Positions 35,828 through 44,792 of a stretch of 64,000 bases of DNA are shown in pieces. Origin of the DNA: Escherichia phage 348Ecol098PP; sequence record OR062947.1. The stretch is one strand, 5' to 3'. How positions within the stretch are numbered: the stretch's first letter is position 1; the number at the start of each line of letters is the position of its first letter. The translations under genes were made by a program, and so were the position numbers. The notes under the pieces were generated by a model, which was not told where the DNA came from, searched no databases, and saw only the letters and a program-made list of their open reading frames with translations.

Positions 35828-36649
35828 ATGAGCATATTCCAAATTATATCTGAAGGCGTACAAGCCCCTAAGATTGCTCAGTCTATGAATGAAAGAAAAT
35901 GGATTGAGATAGGATTAGAATACAAGAAAGCTAAAGAGAAAGGAATCACTGCAAAAGCATTTGCAGAATCAAAAGGAATAAAATACTCGTCGTTTACATC
36001 TGCAATGTCTAGATATGCATCATCTATTAAGACTGCACAGAAAATTGAAACGCTTGAATCTAAACCTAAAAATAAACTCAATAAGCAAGAACGTCAACTT
36101 CTGATGATAAACTCGTTTCGCAGTTCAATACGAGAAAAGATTAGAAATGAAGGCGCAGCAGTAAACAACAAATCATCTAAGTGGTTTGTTGAAACAATTA
36201 AGAAAAGTGTAAAAGGTCATAAAGTAGTCAAGCCTACGCCAGGCAAAATTTATACTTACGTGTATGATGCTAAACATAAAGATACTCTACCGTATTGGGA
36301 CAGATATCCTTTGATTATTTATTTAGGATTAGGTAAACATAATTTGATGTACGGGTTAAACTTGCACTATATCCCACCTAAAGCACGTCAACAGTTTCTT
36401 GAAGAATTGCTGAAGCAATATGCTAGCACAACTACTATTACTAATAACACAAAGTTGAAGATAGACTGGAGCAAGGTGAAAGGATTTCAAGGTGCTGACA
36501 AAATGATTAAAGCATACCTGCCAGGCCACATTAGAGGAACAATAACAGAAATCGCTCCTAAAGACTGGGCCAACATAATCATGTTACCTACTCAGCAGTT
36601 TATGTCAAAAGGAAAACGTTTCTCTGCGAATACTGTTTGGAAATCTTAA
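35828..36649 (+). CDS. 2: DNA end protector protein gp2
   Basis: 273 aa, synteny 4-2-3-1. Confidence 0.85.
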   Translation: MSIFQIISEGVQAPKIAQSMNERKWIEIGLEYKKAKEKGITAKAFAESKGIKYSSFTSAMSRYASSIKTAQKIETLESKPKNKLNKQERQLLMINSFRSSIREKIRNEGAAVNNKSSKWFVETIKKSVKGHKVVKPTPGKIYTYVYDAKHKDTLPYWDRYPLIIYLGLGKHNLMYGLNLHYIPPKARQQFLEELLKQYASTTTITNNTKLKIDWSKVKGFQGADKMIKAYLPGHIRGTITEIAPKDWANIIMLPTQQFMSKGKRFSANTVWKS

Positions 36650-36751
36650 TTCTATTCTCTTCCGTTCTTCTGATATTCTGTTGAACCAGATTAATGGAAG
36701 AGACCTAAAACCATTATACTGCATTTTTATTAAAGCGTTTTTGAGGTGCTT

Positions 36752-37336
36752 ATGACTCGTCCAGCGAGACAGATTTTTAACCAAACAAATATAACAAACT
36801 TTGTTGTGGATATCCCAGATAGTACACGAACTTCAGGTTTTGTGCTCAATGCCCAAACGGCTCCATTGCCAGGTGTGAGAATTCCTGTTGTTGAAACTGT
36901 GACAGGCACAATGGGGCTAGGACGTGCAATGCGTGCAGGCACCACATTTGAATATGACCCTTTTATTGTACGATTTATAGTTGATGAAGACATGACGTCC
37001 TGGATGAACATGTATAAATGGATGCTCAGCACTAATAATTATATAACCGGCCATAATACGGCCCACTCTGATGGTCCTGAGTTTGTTACTTTGCACATTT
37101 TAAACAACAATAAGACCGAAGTAGTTTTGACGGCAAATTTCTATAAACCATGGATTTCCGATTTGAGTGAAATTGAATTTAGTTACACTGAAGACTCTGA
37201 CCCTGCCGTTACTTGCGTAGCAACTATTCATTACGCGTATATGACGATAGAAAAAGATGGCGAAGTCATTGTATCTCAACAACCACGTCAAGCGGTCGAA
37301 TCTAAATCCATTTCTAGACACCCTTCCTTGCGTTAA
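36752..37336 (+). CDS. 3: Tail completion / sheath stabiliser gp3
   Basis: ATG at 36752 (MTRPARQ...), 194 aa; synteny. Confidence 0.75.
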   Translation: MTRPARQIFNQTNITNFVVDIPDSTRTSGFVLNAQTAPLPGVRIPVVETVTGTMGLGRAMRAGTTFEYDPFIVRFIVDEDMTSWMNMYKWMLSTNNYITGHNTAHSDGPEFVTLHILNNNKTEVVLTANFYKPWISDLSEIEFSYTEDSDPAVTCVATIHYAYMTIEKDGEVIVSQQPRQAVESKSISRHPSLR

Positions 37337-37389
37337 TCGCTTCTAGCTCCGTATGTTATAATCACTCATAAATTATATGAGGAAAACCT

Positions 37390-38124
37390 ATGGAGCTAAT
37401 CTTTTTAAGTGGCATCAAACGTAGTGGTAAAGACACTACTGCTGATTACATCAATTCAAACTTTAAATCCGTAAAATACCAATTGGCATATCCGATTAAA
37501 GACGCTCTAGCAATAGCCTGGGGACGTAGGCATGCTGAAAACCCTGATGTATTCACAGAGTTGAAATACGAATACTTTGAAGGCATTGGATACGACCGTG
37601 AAACACCATTAAATCTCAATAAGTTGGATGTTATTGAATTATTGGAAGAAGCGCTAATTTATTTGCAAAGTCAATATTTACCAATTAATAATGTTAAAGT
37701 ATTATCATCGTTAGAAGGTGGATATTCGTATCTAGATATTAAACCATATGAAGCCCTGCGTGAAGCTATAAATAATATCAACGACACATGGTCAATCCGC
37801 CGTCTTATGCAAGCCCTCGGTACGGATGTTGTCGTTAATTTATTTGACCGTATGTATTGGGTTAAACTTTTTGCATTAAACTATATGGATTATATTGGAA
37901 GTGATTTCGATTACTATGTCGTAACCGATACACGTCAAGTCCATGAAATGGAAACCGCTAGAGCGATGGGTGCTACAGTTATTCATGTGGTTCGCTCTGG
38001 TACGGAATCCACCGATAAACATATTACAGAAGCTGGGTTGCCTATTGAAGAAGGCGATTTAGTTATTACAAACGACGGCTCTTTAGAAGAGCTTTATTCT
38101 AAAATTGAAACAATCTTAAGGTAA
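37390..38124 (+). CDS. 1: Deoxynucleoside monophosphate kinase
   Basis: 244 aa; P-loop GIKRSGKDT; synteny 3-1-57A. Confidence 0.9.
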   Translation: MELIFLSGIKRSGKDTTADYINSNFKSVKYQLAYPIKDALAIAWGRRHAENPDVFTELKYEYFEGIGYDRETPLNLNKLDVIELLEEALIYLQSQYLPINNVKVLSSLEGGYSYLDIKPYEALREAINNINDTWSIRRLMQALGTDVVVNLFDRMYWVKLFALNYMDYIGSDFDYYVVTDTRQVHEMETARAMGATVIHVVRSGTESTDKHITEAGLPIEEGDLVITNDGSLEELYSKIETILR

Positions 38125-38128
38125 TAAA

Positions 38129-38814
<686 letters not shown>

Positions 38815-38827
38815 TTTTCACAAAACA

Positions 38828-38857
38828 GTTTACATAAAGATGATGGTGTGTTACTAT
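38828..38857 (+). promoter_or_regulatory. Early promoter GTTTAC / TGTTACTAT
   Basis: GTTTAC 38828-38833, 18-nt spacer, TACTAT 38852-38857. Confidence 0.55.
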
Positions 38858-38891
38858 CATCCTATCAAATAAACAGCCTCAAGGAAATAAA

Positions 38892-39203
38892 ATGAAAACT
38901 TATCAAGAGTTTATCGCTGAAGCTACTAAAGCCGATAAAAATTTTATTATTAACACCACCGGTCCGTTAGATGATGAATACGCTAATGCTATTATTAAGT
39001 CAATTTCTAATCAAGGCGTTGAAGTAACAAATTTCGAATATAAGAAAAATGATACTTATATGATAATTAGTATCAAAAAAGGTTCAAAGGCTAAAATTAA
39101 ATCTGCATTTGGTGTTATGCGAGTCGACCAAATCGATAACCACGATTTTTCACAAACAGGGGCCAAACGCCAAAACACCATTTCTTCTAAAGGCATAAAA
39201 TAA
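38892..39203 (+). CDS. Internal-protein-like, capsid-targeting leader MKTYQEFIAE
   Basis: 103 aa; N-terminal 10 aa identical to the remembered T4 IP capsid-targeting sequence ending ...IAE (gp21 cleavage context); early promoter upstream. Confidence 0.6.
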   Translation: MKTYQEFIAEATKADKNFIINTTGPLDDEYANAIIKSISNQGVEVTNFEYKKNDTYMIISIKKGSKAKIKSAFGVMRVDQIDNHDFSQTGAKRQNTISSKGIK

Positions 39204-39241
39204 TTTACAACTTGATAGGACTACTATATCATAGTCCTATC
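39203..39241 (+). promoter_or_regulatory. Early promoter-like element inside a 10-bp inverted repeat GATAGGACTA / TAGTCCTATC
   Basis: aTTTACa 39203-39209; IR arms 39214-39223 and 39232-39241. Confidence 0.45.
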
Positions 39242-39264
39242 AAAATAACCAAATGGAACCTAAA

Positions 39265-39528
39265 ATGAAAACTTTCAACGAATTCATCTCAGAATCGTCT
39301 GGTGTGAAAATTAACAAAGCGGTCAATCAGGTTATTGCTGATATTCTTAATTTGTATAACATTGACTTAACTCCGCATATCACGCTTGGTAACAAACGAA
39401 ACTTTTTCATATTTGACACATCCGAACTTGATGAAAATCAGTTCAATAACATTCAACGTTTTGCGAATGATAAAGGTCTTCGACACGAGCCTGGTGGCTA
39501 TAAAAAATACGCAATATATTTGAAATAA
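39265..39528 (+). CDS. Internal-protein-like, leader MKTFNEFISE
   Basis: 87 aa from internal Met of ORF 39253..39528; CTS-like leader. Confidence 0.55.
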   Translation: MKTFNEFISESSGVKINKAVNQVIADILNLYNIDLTPHITLGNKRNFFIFDTSELDENQFNNIQRFANDKGLRHEPGGYKKYAIYLK

Positions 39529-39530
39529 AG

Positions 39531-39560
39531 GTATACAAGCCTATAGGGATATGTTATAGT
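39531..39560 (+). promoter_or_regulatory. Early promoter GTATAC / TGTTATAGT
   Basis: -35-like 39531-39536, 18-nt spacer, TATAGT 39555-39560. Confidence 0.5.
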
Positions 39561-39597
39561 AGTCCTATCAAAACAAATGAGTAAATGGAGAAATAAA

Positions 39598-39783
39598 ATG
39601 AAACGCGCTGAACTGATTCGTAATGTTGCTGTAGTAATTGCTTCAATGGCTTTTAGTTTTTCGATGTTTGTAGGATTCATTTGTGGACTACTGACAACAA
39701 CTGAAAACTCTATCTCATTGGTAGTAGCATTTCTAATCGGCTTAATCGCTATCGTTATGGATAAAATTGCAAAAGGTGAGTAA
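39598..39783 (+). CDS. Small membrane protein
   Basis: 61 aa from Met with SD GGAGAA; two hydrophobic helices. Confidence 0.45.
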   Translation: MKRAELIRNVAVVIASMAFSFSMFVGFICGLLTTTENSISLVVAFLIGLIAIVMDKIAKGE

Positions 39784-39784
39784 A

Positions 39785-40147
39785 ATGAAATATCACGTAT
39801 ATGCGGATTTTGAAGCAAATCCTTCTAAAGACCCCGATTGTCGTTTGATACGCAGACCATTTGATTCAGCAGCTCAAGCCTGGGCCTGGATTAAAACTTG
39901 TACTCCTTCTTACACTTTCTTTGAAGTGGTAGATGATAACGGTGTTCTGCATCCAGAACCTACAGAAACTATTAATTTCCTTCTGTTTGCAGGTTATGAC
40001 TGTTATCCTCTTGGCGGTATTGATGATCTTGTTGCTACAGGAAAAACTGTTGAGGCTCTTCGCGAAATCTACAAAAATGCTGAAGAAAATTTTGACTGGT
40101 ATCATATTGTTGATGCTCATACCTTTGAAATGGTGGAACATTCATGA
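39785..40147 (+). CDS. Hypothetical protein
   Basis: 120 aa from MKYHVYADFE with SD AAGGTGAG. Confidence 0.45.
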   Translation: MKYHVYADFEANPSKDPDCRLIRRPFDSAAQAWAWIKTCTPSYTFFEVVDDNGVLHPEPTETINFLLFAGYDCYPLGGIDDLVATGKTVEALREIYKNAEENFDWYHIVDAHTFEMVEHS

Positions 40148-40434
40148 TTCTTTACGCTAAAATAAAATCTGTCGAGAACGGATATGAAAGCGACCGTCGA
40201 GCGGCTAAAGCATTAGTCGATGACTACGGTATTTTGACTATTTTTGAGGTTGAAAAGGTTTACATCGACCGTTCGTCTTCACAGGTCAAATTACTATGGG
40301 AAGACCGTAAATTTAATACAGTGAACTTTGATTTCTTTATTGAAACCGAATCAGGTCCTGTTGAATATGATATTTTCAAGAATCCTTTGAAATTACGTTG
40401 CATTGAATATAATTACATTAATATGGTACGGTGA
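40144..40434 (+). CDS. Hypothetical protein
   Basis: 96 aa ORF, ATGA-overlap with upstream gene. Confidence 0.45.
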   Translation: MILYAKIKSVENGYESDRRAAKALVDDYGILTIFEVEKVYIDRSSSQVKLLWEDRKFNTVNFDFFIETESGPVEYDIFKNPLKLRCIEYNYINMVR

Positions 40435-40438
40435 GTAA

Positions 40439-40954
40439 ATGAATATTTGTTTAGGCAGTACAATTCCTAAGGGTTACGTAATTGATGTCACTACTTGGGA
40501 AAATGACGGCGACAACTATAAAACCAAAACATTATTTGGTGTAGAAGAGCATGAGCTCCAACAGTTTAAATATCTCTTGAAGAAATTTAAGAGTCGTCAT
40601 TCTAGCACTAAAGCTGAACGTTACTGTGGTAATACACCATTCAGTGATTGCTCGCTTTTAATCTATGAATACTTGGTTGAAGGACTGTTCTCAGACCAGC
40701 TTTATCCAGAATTCATTAAAAAGGTCTTTGGTATTGAAGTCGACCTTGGTGATAAATCTGAAGAAGACGAAGCCCGCGTATTCGACCTGTTCTTTGTGAA
40801 AGGCGATGAGGTATCTCAAGGACTTATTGATATTCTTGGCTATGCTTCTGAATACTACGACTATGATTTCTTGCGTGTAGTTGAACGTGTTGAATTCGCT
40901 TATATTGAAGAAGAAATTGTTTTGCCGACTGTTAAAATGATTGATTTGCTTTAA
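40439..40954 (+). CDS. Hypothetical protein
   Basis: 171 aa ORF. Confidence 0.5.
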   Translation: MNICLGSTIPKGYVIDVTTWENDGDNYKTKTLFGVEEHELQQFKYLLKKFKSRHSSTKAERYCGNTPFSDCSLLIYEYLVEGLFSDQLYPEFIKKVFGIEVDLGDKSEEDEARVFDLFFVKGDEVSQGLIDILGYASEYYDYDFLRVVERVEFAYIEEEIVLPTVKMIDLL

Positions 40955-41033
40955 GAATTATGTGTTATTATTAATTCATACCCTCTATTACCAAAGGTGC
41001 TCTAAAGTGCCTTTCATAATAGAAAGTTATTTA

Positions 41034-41107
41034 GGCCCTGTAGCTCAACGGTTAGCAGCAGTCCCCTCATAAGGGAAAGGTTACCAGTTCGAATCTGGTC
41101 TGGGTCA
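41034..41107 (+). tRNA. tRNA with anticodon CAU (Ile2/Met type; T4 tRNA-Ile uses CAU)
   Basis: Hand-folded cloverleaf: acceptor GGCCCUG, T-arm ACCAG-UUCGAAU-CUGGU, anticodon loop CUCAUAA; one acceptor mismatch and a weak outer anticodon-stem pair; no encoded CCA. Confidence 0.55.
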
Positions 41108-41113
41108 TATATT

Positions 41114-41189
41114 CGAGGCATAGCTCAGAAGGAAGAGCAAGGACCTTCTAAGTCCTAGGTCGTAGGTTCGATCCCTACTGTCTCGACCA
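41114..41189 (+). tRNA. tRNA-Arg (anticodon UCU)
   Basis: Hand-folded canonical cloverleaf: acceptor CGAGGCA/UGUCUCG, D-arm GCUC-AGAAGGAA-GAGC, anticodon arm AGGAC-CUUCUAA-GUCCU, T-arm GUAGG-UUCGAUC-CCUAC, encoded CCA. Confidence 0.8.
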
Positions 41190-41207
41190 ACTTTAAGTGA
41201 GGAAAAT

Positions 41208-41552
41208 ATGAAAGGCAATATTTATCTGGTAGTTCATGATTTAACGTTTTATTTTAACGAATATGATACAGTTATTTCTCATCGATTGATTAATTCGCTG
41301 TATCAGCATGCCGATTACATTTATGTTCAAAATGAATTTGGACATTGGAAGTTCATTAAAAACCGTTCTGGGTTAACTAGTTTTGAATACTTTGATCGCA
41401 AAGACCTTTTAAACGAAATCCCATTGCAACATCGGTTCCAGAAACGCGAATCATTATATTATTGCCGTCATATACCAAACGCCGAATGTGTTAATGAAGC
41501 GATTAATCTATGGCGTCGGCGTCGAGAGCAAATTGATGATATGCCAAAATAA
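41208..41552 (+). CDS. Hypothetical protein within tRNA region
   Basis: 114 aa ORF between tRNA-Arg and structured RNA region. Confidence 0.45.
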   Translation: MKGNIYLVVHDLTFYFNEYDTVISHRLINSLYQHADYIYVQNEFGHWKFIKNRSGLTSFEYFDRKDLLNEIPLQHRFQKRESLYYCRHIPNAECVNEAINLWRRRREQIDDMPK

Positions 41553-41559
41553 GAAGCCG

Positions 41560-41812
41560 GGTCGCTACCGGTAAGTCGTCGGACTGATGTTCCCTGAGTA
41601 AGGACTGGTCTTAATAAATCTTTATGATTTGTTAATATCCCCTTACATCACAGCAGAAACGGCGCACAGAATTATCGATTCGAGGAAATATCTTTGCCGT
41701 AAGCCGAGTAGCGTTTTTGACGGAACGTTCGGATATGGTCGAGATATGGCCTTTTAAAAATATTGAGTAGCGTCAACTACTTAATAACCGGGTTCGAATC
41801 CCGGCGTTTCGT
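41560..41812 (+). ncRNA. Candidate stable small RNA(s) with tRNA-like 3' end (comparable to T4 RNA C/D species)
   Basis: ~375 nt ORF-free region; canonical T-arm CCGGG-UUCGAAU-CCCGG at 41788-41804 with 7-bp acceptor pairing (41721-41727 with 41805-41811) but no canonical anticodon arm; followed by terminator. Confidence 0.35.
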
Positions 41813-41851
41813 ACAAACACTTACTTAGTAGGTGGAAACCCCGACAAGGTA

Positions 41852-41884
41852 TATAGCCCCTTCCGAAAGGTTGGGGCTTTTTTG
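41852..41884 (+). terminator. Rho-independent terminator after tRNA/small-RNA region
   Basis: AGCCCCTTCCGAAAGGTTGGGGCT + TTTTTT; same module as 57113-57145. Confidence 0.65.
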
Positions 41885-41892
41885 TATAAATA
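41885..41892 (+). promoter_or_regulatory. Late promoter TATAAATA upstream of the 208-aa CTS-bearing gene
   Basis: TATAAATA 36 nt upstream of ATG 41928. Confidence 0.55.
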
Positions 41893-41927
41893 TAGTAAAC
41901 AATAAACCTACTTTCTAAGGACCGTCA

Positions 41928-42554
41928 ATGTATACTTTTAATGAATTTTTAGCCGAAACGGAAGTAATCACCGAAGCCGGTGTACGTATGACAAAAGAGA
42001 AATGGCAAGCTGCTTACGATGCTATTTCTGGTACAAAAACTAGTACAGAGTTTTTCAAAAACGTTCAAGCCATGTACGGTATCGACACTTCCAGCCAAAA
42101 AGAATATTACAGAGCTTCTAAAGCATTCAAAGATATTGTTAGTGGTGGTGTTTCTGCTAAATCGGGTTCGCCTAAAGTAAAACCTGCTCCTACCATTCCT
42201 AAACCTGCGACCCCTAAAGCAATAGCAAAACCTGAGCCTAAGCCGGAAGTAAAAGCAACTCCTAAAGCTCCTGCTCTTAAGTTTGATACTTCTAGCCTGG
42301 AAAAAAAATATAAACAACTATCTTCGCTTGTTCGCGATATTGAATCCGATACATCTTCACTCGTTCGTGAATTCAATAGTCTTCGTAATGGCCAACATAT
42401 CAACAACCTTGATACCCCGGACCTTTATCGTCTTTATTTGACTATCGAAGGTTTGAAGTACACTCAACCACTTCACGACGCGATTAAAGAAAAACTTCGT
42501 CAGGCAGGTCGTTTGGCTGCTGACGCTGCTCAGTATGCAAAAACTCGTAAGTAA
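41928..42554 (+). CDS. Internal-protein-like (large), leader MYTFNEFLAE, proline/lysine-rich linker
   Basis: 208 aa; CTS-like N-terminus; PKVKPAPTIPKPATPKAIAKPEPKPEVKATPKAP linker; TATAAATA late promoter at 41885-41892. Confidence 0.55.
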   Translation: MYTFNEFLAETEVITEAGVRMTKEKWQAAYDAISGTKTSTEFFKNVQAMYGIDTSSQKEYYRASKAFKDIVSGGVSAKSGSPKVKPAPTIPKPATPKAIAKPEPKPEVKATPKAPALKFDTSSLEKKYKQLSSLVRDIESDTSSLVREFNSLRNGQHINNLDTPDLYRLYLTIEGLKYTQPLHDAIKEKLRQAGRLAADAAQYAKTRK

Positions 42555-42555
42555 A

Positions 42556-42585
42556 GAATGGGGACTTCGGTCCCCTTTAGGGGGT
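42556..42585 (+). terminator. Rho-independent terminator
   Basis: GGGGAC-TTCG-GTCCCC then TTTAGGGGG. Confidence 0.55.
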
Positions 42586-42606
42586 CTATAACTTACTGAA
42601 AAAGTT

Positions 42607-42635
42607 GTTTACTTCTTCCCTAGATGTGTTACTAT
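42607..42635 (+). promoter_or_regulatory. Early promoter GTTTAC / TGTTACTAT
   Basis: GTTTAC 42607-42612, 17-nt spacer, TACTAT 42630-42635. Confidence 0.55.
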
Positions 42636-42663
42636 AGACCTATCAAAACACGTGGAGAATATT

Positions 42664-42969
42664 ATGAGTCTTTACACTGAACTGAATAAAAAATCTGAAG
42701 AATCCGCTGAAACTATTTTTAAAAACGTGCAAAAGCGTATTTTAGAAAAGATGTATAACACTGCAGCTAAAGGTGAAAAATCTTGCCGGTTTCCGATTAG
42801 GTGTTCTTCAGATTTATGCGCAAATACTATTGAATGGCTGGAAAGTGAAGGTCTTACAGTAGAGAAAAACCCGGCGACTTCTATTGACGGCGAATCATAT
42901 ATTAGTATTTCTTGGGATAAACCACGTATGAATGAAGGACACTACAAGTTGTTAAGTTGGAAAAATTAA
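42664..42969 (+). CDS. Hypothetical protein
   Basis: 101 aa from MSLYTELNKK with SD GGAGAA; early promoter upstream. Confidence 0.45.
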   Translation: MSLYTELNKKSEESAETIFKNVQKRILEKMYNTAAKGEKSCRFPIRCSSDLCANTIEWLESEGLTVEKNPATSIDGESYISISWDKPRMNEGHYKLLSWKN

Positions 42970-42978
42970 AAATAATGA

Positions 42979-43007
42979 TGTACAAGCACCAAGGATGGTG
43001 ATACTAT
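42979..43007 (+). promoter_or_regulatory. Early promoter TGTACA / TGaTACTAT (duplicate of 6395-6404 -10 region)
   Basis: TGTACA 42979-42984, 17-nt spacer, TACTAT 43002-43007. Confidence 0.55.
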
Positions 43008-43043
43008 AGACTTATCAACTACAGAGGAGTAAACAAAATGACT
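42998..43043 (+). repeat. 46-bp exact duplicate of 6395-6440 (promoter -10, 5'UTR, SD, ATGACT)
   Basis: gTGATACTATAGACTTATCAACTACAGAGGAGTAAACAAAATGACT at both loci. Confidence 0.8.
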
Positions 43044-43202
43044 ACTTTAATTATTTGGTTCGATGAAAATGAAGAAACATACTGTGTGAATATTGGTGAA
43101 AGTCCAATGCCTGAATTTGAATCCTCAGATAAAAACTCTGTTGTATCTTGGGCTGAAGGTTATAAAGCAGCTAAAGGTGACGTTGAAATAATTTACATCT
43201 AA
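43038..43202 (+). CDS. Small hypothetical protein (54 aa)
   Basis: Below ORF-track cutoff; preceded by the exact promoter/5'UTR cassette also found at 6395-6440. Confidence 0.35.
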   Translation: MTTLIIWFDENEETYCVNIGESPMPEFESSDKNSVVSWAEGYKAAKGDVEIIYI

Positions 43203-43220
43203 GTAAGTTTATGTTATAGT
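43191..43220 (+). promoter_or_regulatory. Early promoter ATTTAC / TGTTATAGT
   Basis: -35 43191-43196, TATAGT 43215-43220; followed by AGTCCTATCAAA box. Confidence 0.5.
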
Positions 43221-43248
43221 AGTCCTATCAAATCAAGAGGAAAACAAA

Positions 43249-43476
43249 ATGGCTAAAGTTAGTATTGATGTCGTTGATTATGAATACACCGAAGAAGTTA
43301 TTCGCAACCGTCACCCTGAAGTTCGTATCGATTCAGCCCAAGATTCCAAGTTCTGGACAACTGAGCTTAATCTGAGTGGTCCTTATGAAGCTGTTAAGAA
43401 GTTCATGGTTGAAGAATACTGCGAAGGCATGCACCCGGAAGACGCCAAGTTTTATGTCAATTTGATTAAAAAATAA
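43249..43476 (+). CDS. Hypothetical protein
   Basis: 75 aa ORF with early promoter. Confidence 0.45.
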   Translation: MAKVSIDVVDYEYTEEVIRNRHPEVRIDSAQDSKFWTTELNLSGPYEAVKKFMVEEYCEGMHPEDAKFYVNLIKK

Positions 43477-43511
43477 TTTACAAACTCTTGAGAGCAGAGT
43501 ATAATGCTCTC
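43477..43511 (+). promoter_or_regulatory. Promoter TTTACA / TATAAT with GAGAGC/GCTCTC inverted repeat around the -10
   Basis: TTTACA 43477-43482, 17-nt spacer, TATAAT 43500-43505; IR 43490-43495 / 43506-43511. Confidence 0.5.
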
Positions 43512-43546
43512 ATTGGATAATAAACCACCAATTGAAAGGTAATAAT

Positions 43547-44140
43547 ATGAACACACTGAAGAAACTTGTCGAATTCATCCGCACTAAATTGGGTACTGCT
43601 ATGGCTAAAAATCTGACTGTCGAAGAACAGTATAACGCAGCTGCAGATAAGTTGATTACCCAAATCAAAGAACTAAAAACGGCTTCTGTTAAATCTATTA
43701 ATGAAGAAAAACGTATTCGCGAACTTGTTAATGAAAAGAACAAGCAAGCCGCTTCTAAGGAACGTGAAATTCGTAAGCTCCTGGCCGAAGGACAAGATGT
43801 TACCATGCATGCTAAGCTTGGTCTTCTGTATCGTCGAACTGCCGAACAACTTAATACAAAAGCTGACGGGTATGCCGCTATGCGAATTGAAATTGCTCGT
43901 AAGGTGGTTGAACTTGATGATGCTCGTCAGAACCTGGCAATCAAACTCGAATACATTCGTGAAACTCGAGCAGCCAATGCCCTTGGTATCTCTACGGCCG
44001 ATGATGTAATTGAAATCGCTGCACTGACTAAGGTTGATATCGAAGACACTCTGACTCGTGTTGAAACGTTCAATGGCACTCCAGCAGGTGTCGAAACCAC
44101 TTCTGCTGATGTACAAGAATATATTAACTCTTTGAAATAA
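43547..44140 (+). CDS. Coiled-coil protein with PspA/IM30-like character
   Basis: 197 aa from [10 protein letters not shown]; long amphipathic heptad pattern; segment pattern reminiscent of PspA (weak, by eye). Confidence 0.35.
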   Translation: MNTLKKLVEFIRTKLGTAMAKNLTVEEQYNAAADKLITQIKELKTASVKSINEEKRIRELVNEKNKQAASKEREIRKLLAEGQDVTMHAKLGLLYRRTAEQLNTKADGYAAMRIEIARKVVELDDARQNLAIKLEYIRETRAANALGISTADDVIEIAALTKVDIEDTLTRVETFNGTPAGVETTSADVQEYINSLK

Positions 44141-44148
44141 AATAATAC

Positions 44149-44170
44149 GGAGGACTCCGGTCCTCCTTTT
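44149..44170 (+). terminator. Rho-independent terminator
   Basis: GGAGGAC-TCCG-GTCCTCC + TTTT. Confidence 0.55.
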
Positions 44171-44189
44171 GGATAATAAAGGAGTTAAC

Positions 44190-44792
44190 ATGCGAAACCA
44201 AAATAATGATATTGACTCAATGTTCGAAGAGTTCCGAGATAAGGTAAATCCACCTACGTCTTTAGTTGATTCATTACGATATGTTGCAACCGGACGTAAA
44301 TGGTACTGGTCGTCTTCTTATGAGACCACCGAGAAAACGGCTAGCCATAGCAGAAAATCTTTATTAGCCCCAGGTATTATGATTCATGATATCGGAGCTA
44401 TTGCTAAACTAGTTGCAGATCATGATATTAGATTCACCGATTTCGTTGCTCCTACATGGTCTGTTTGTTGTTTAAACACTGAATTGGAATATATCAGCGA
44501 ACGCTCTGAAGATTATTATGGTTTTAGAGATAAGCTTCTGAGGTCTAATATGTTTTATATCGATACAGAAGTTCTAGTCGATAATAAAAAATATTACTTT
44601 ACGTTAATCATCGATTCTGAAACTATGTATGAAGGCAAGCCTTTGCTTAAAAGAGTTGATGCTTTAAGTGCTATTGATGCGCTTTATGAAACCATGGTTG
44701 TTAGTCCTAATTTCACTAACAATTTAATCCTTGAGCAATTTATTATGGAATGTAGAGAATATGTCAAAGCCAACCCTGTACATGCCAAGTAA
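44190..44792 (+). CDS. Hypothetical protein with C-terminal FIMECR tail
   Basis: 200 aa from MRNQNN; ends ...EQFIMECREYVKANPVHAK. Confidence 0.45.
   Translation: MRNQNNDIDSMFEEFRDKVNPPTSLVDSLRYVATGRKWYWSSSYETTEKTASHSRKSLLAPGIMIHDIGAIAKLVADHDIRFTDFVAPTWSVCCLNTELEYISERSEDYYGFRDKLLRSNMFYIDTEVLVDNKKYYFTLIIDSETMYEGKPLLKRVDALSAIDALYETMVVSPNFTNNLILEQFIMECREYVKANPVHAK

Noticed and set aside
41208-41552. ORF in the tRNA cluster as a possible segB-like GIY-YIG homing endonuclease
   Set aside because: Only 114 aa and GNIY is not followed by a YIG motif or the Arg/Glu/Asn catalytic residues; no HNH or GIY-YIG gene was recognised anywhere in the window.
41949-42406. Minus-strand ORFs 41949-42317 and 42107-42406 inside the 208-aa CTS gene
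   Set aside because: Antisense to a gene with clear promoter, SD and conserved leader; Arg/Phe-rich low-complexity translation.
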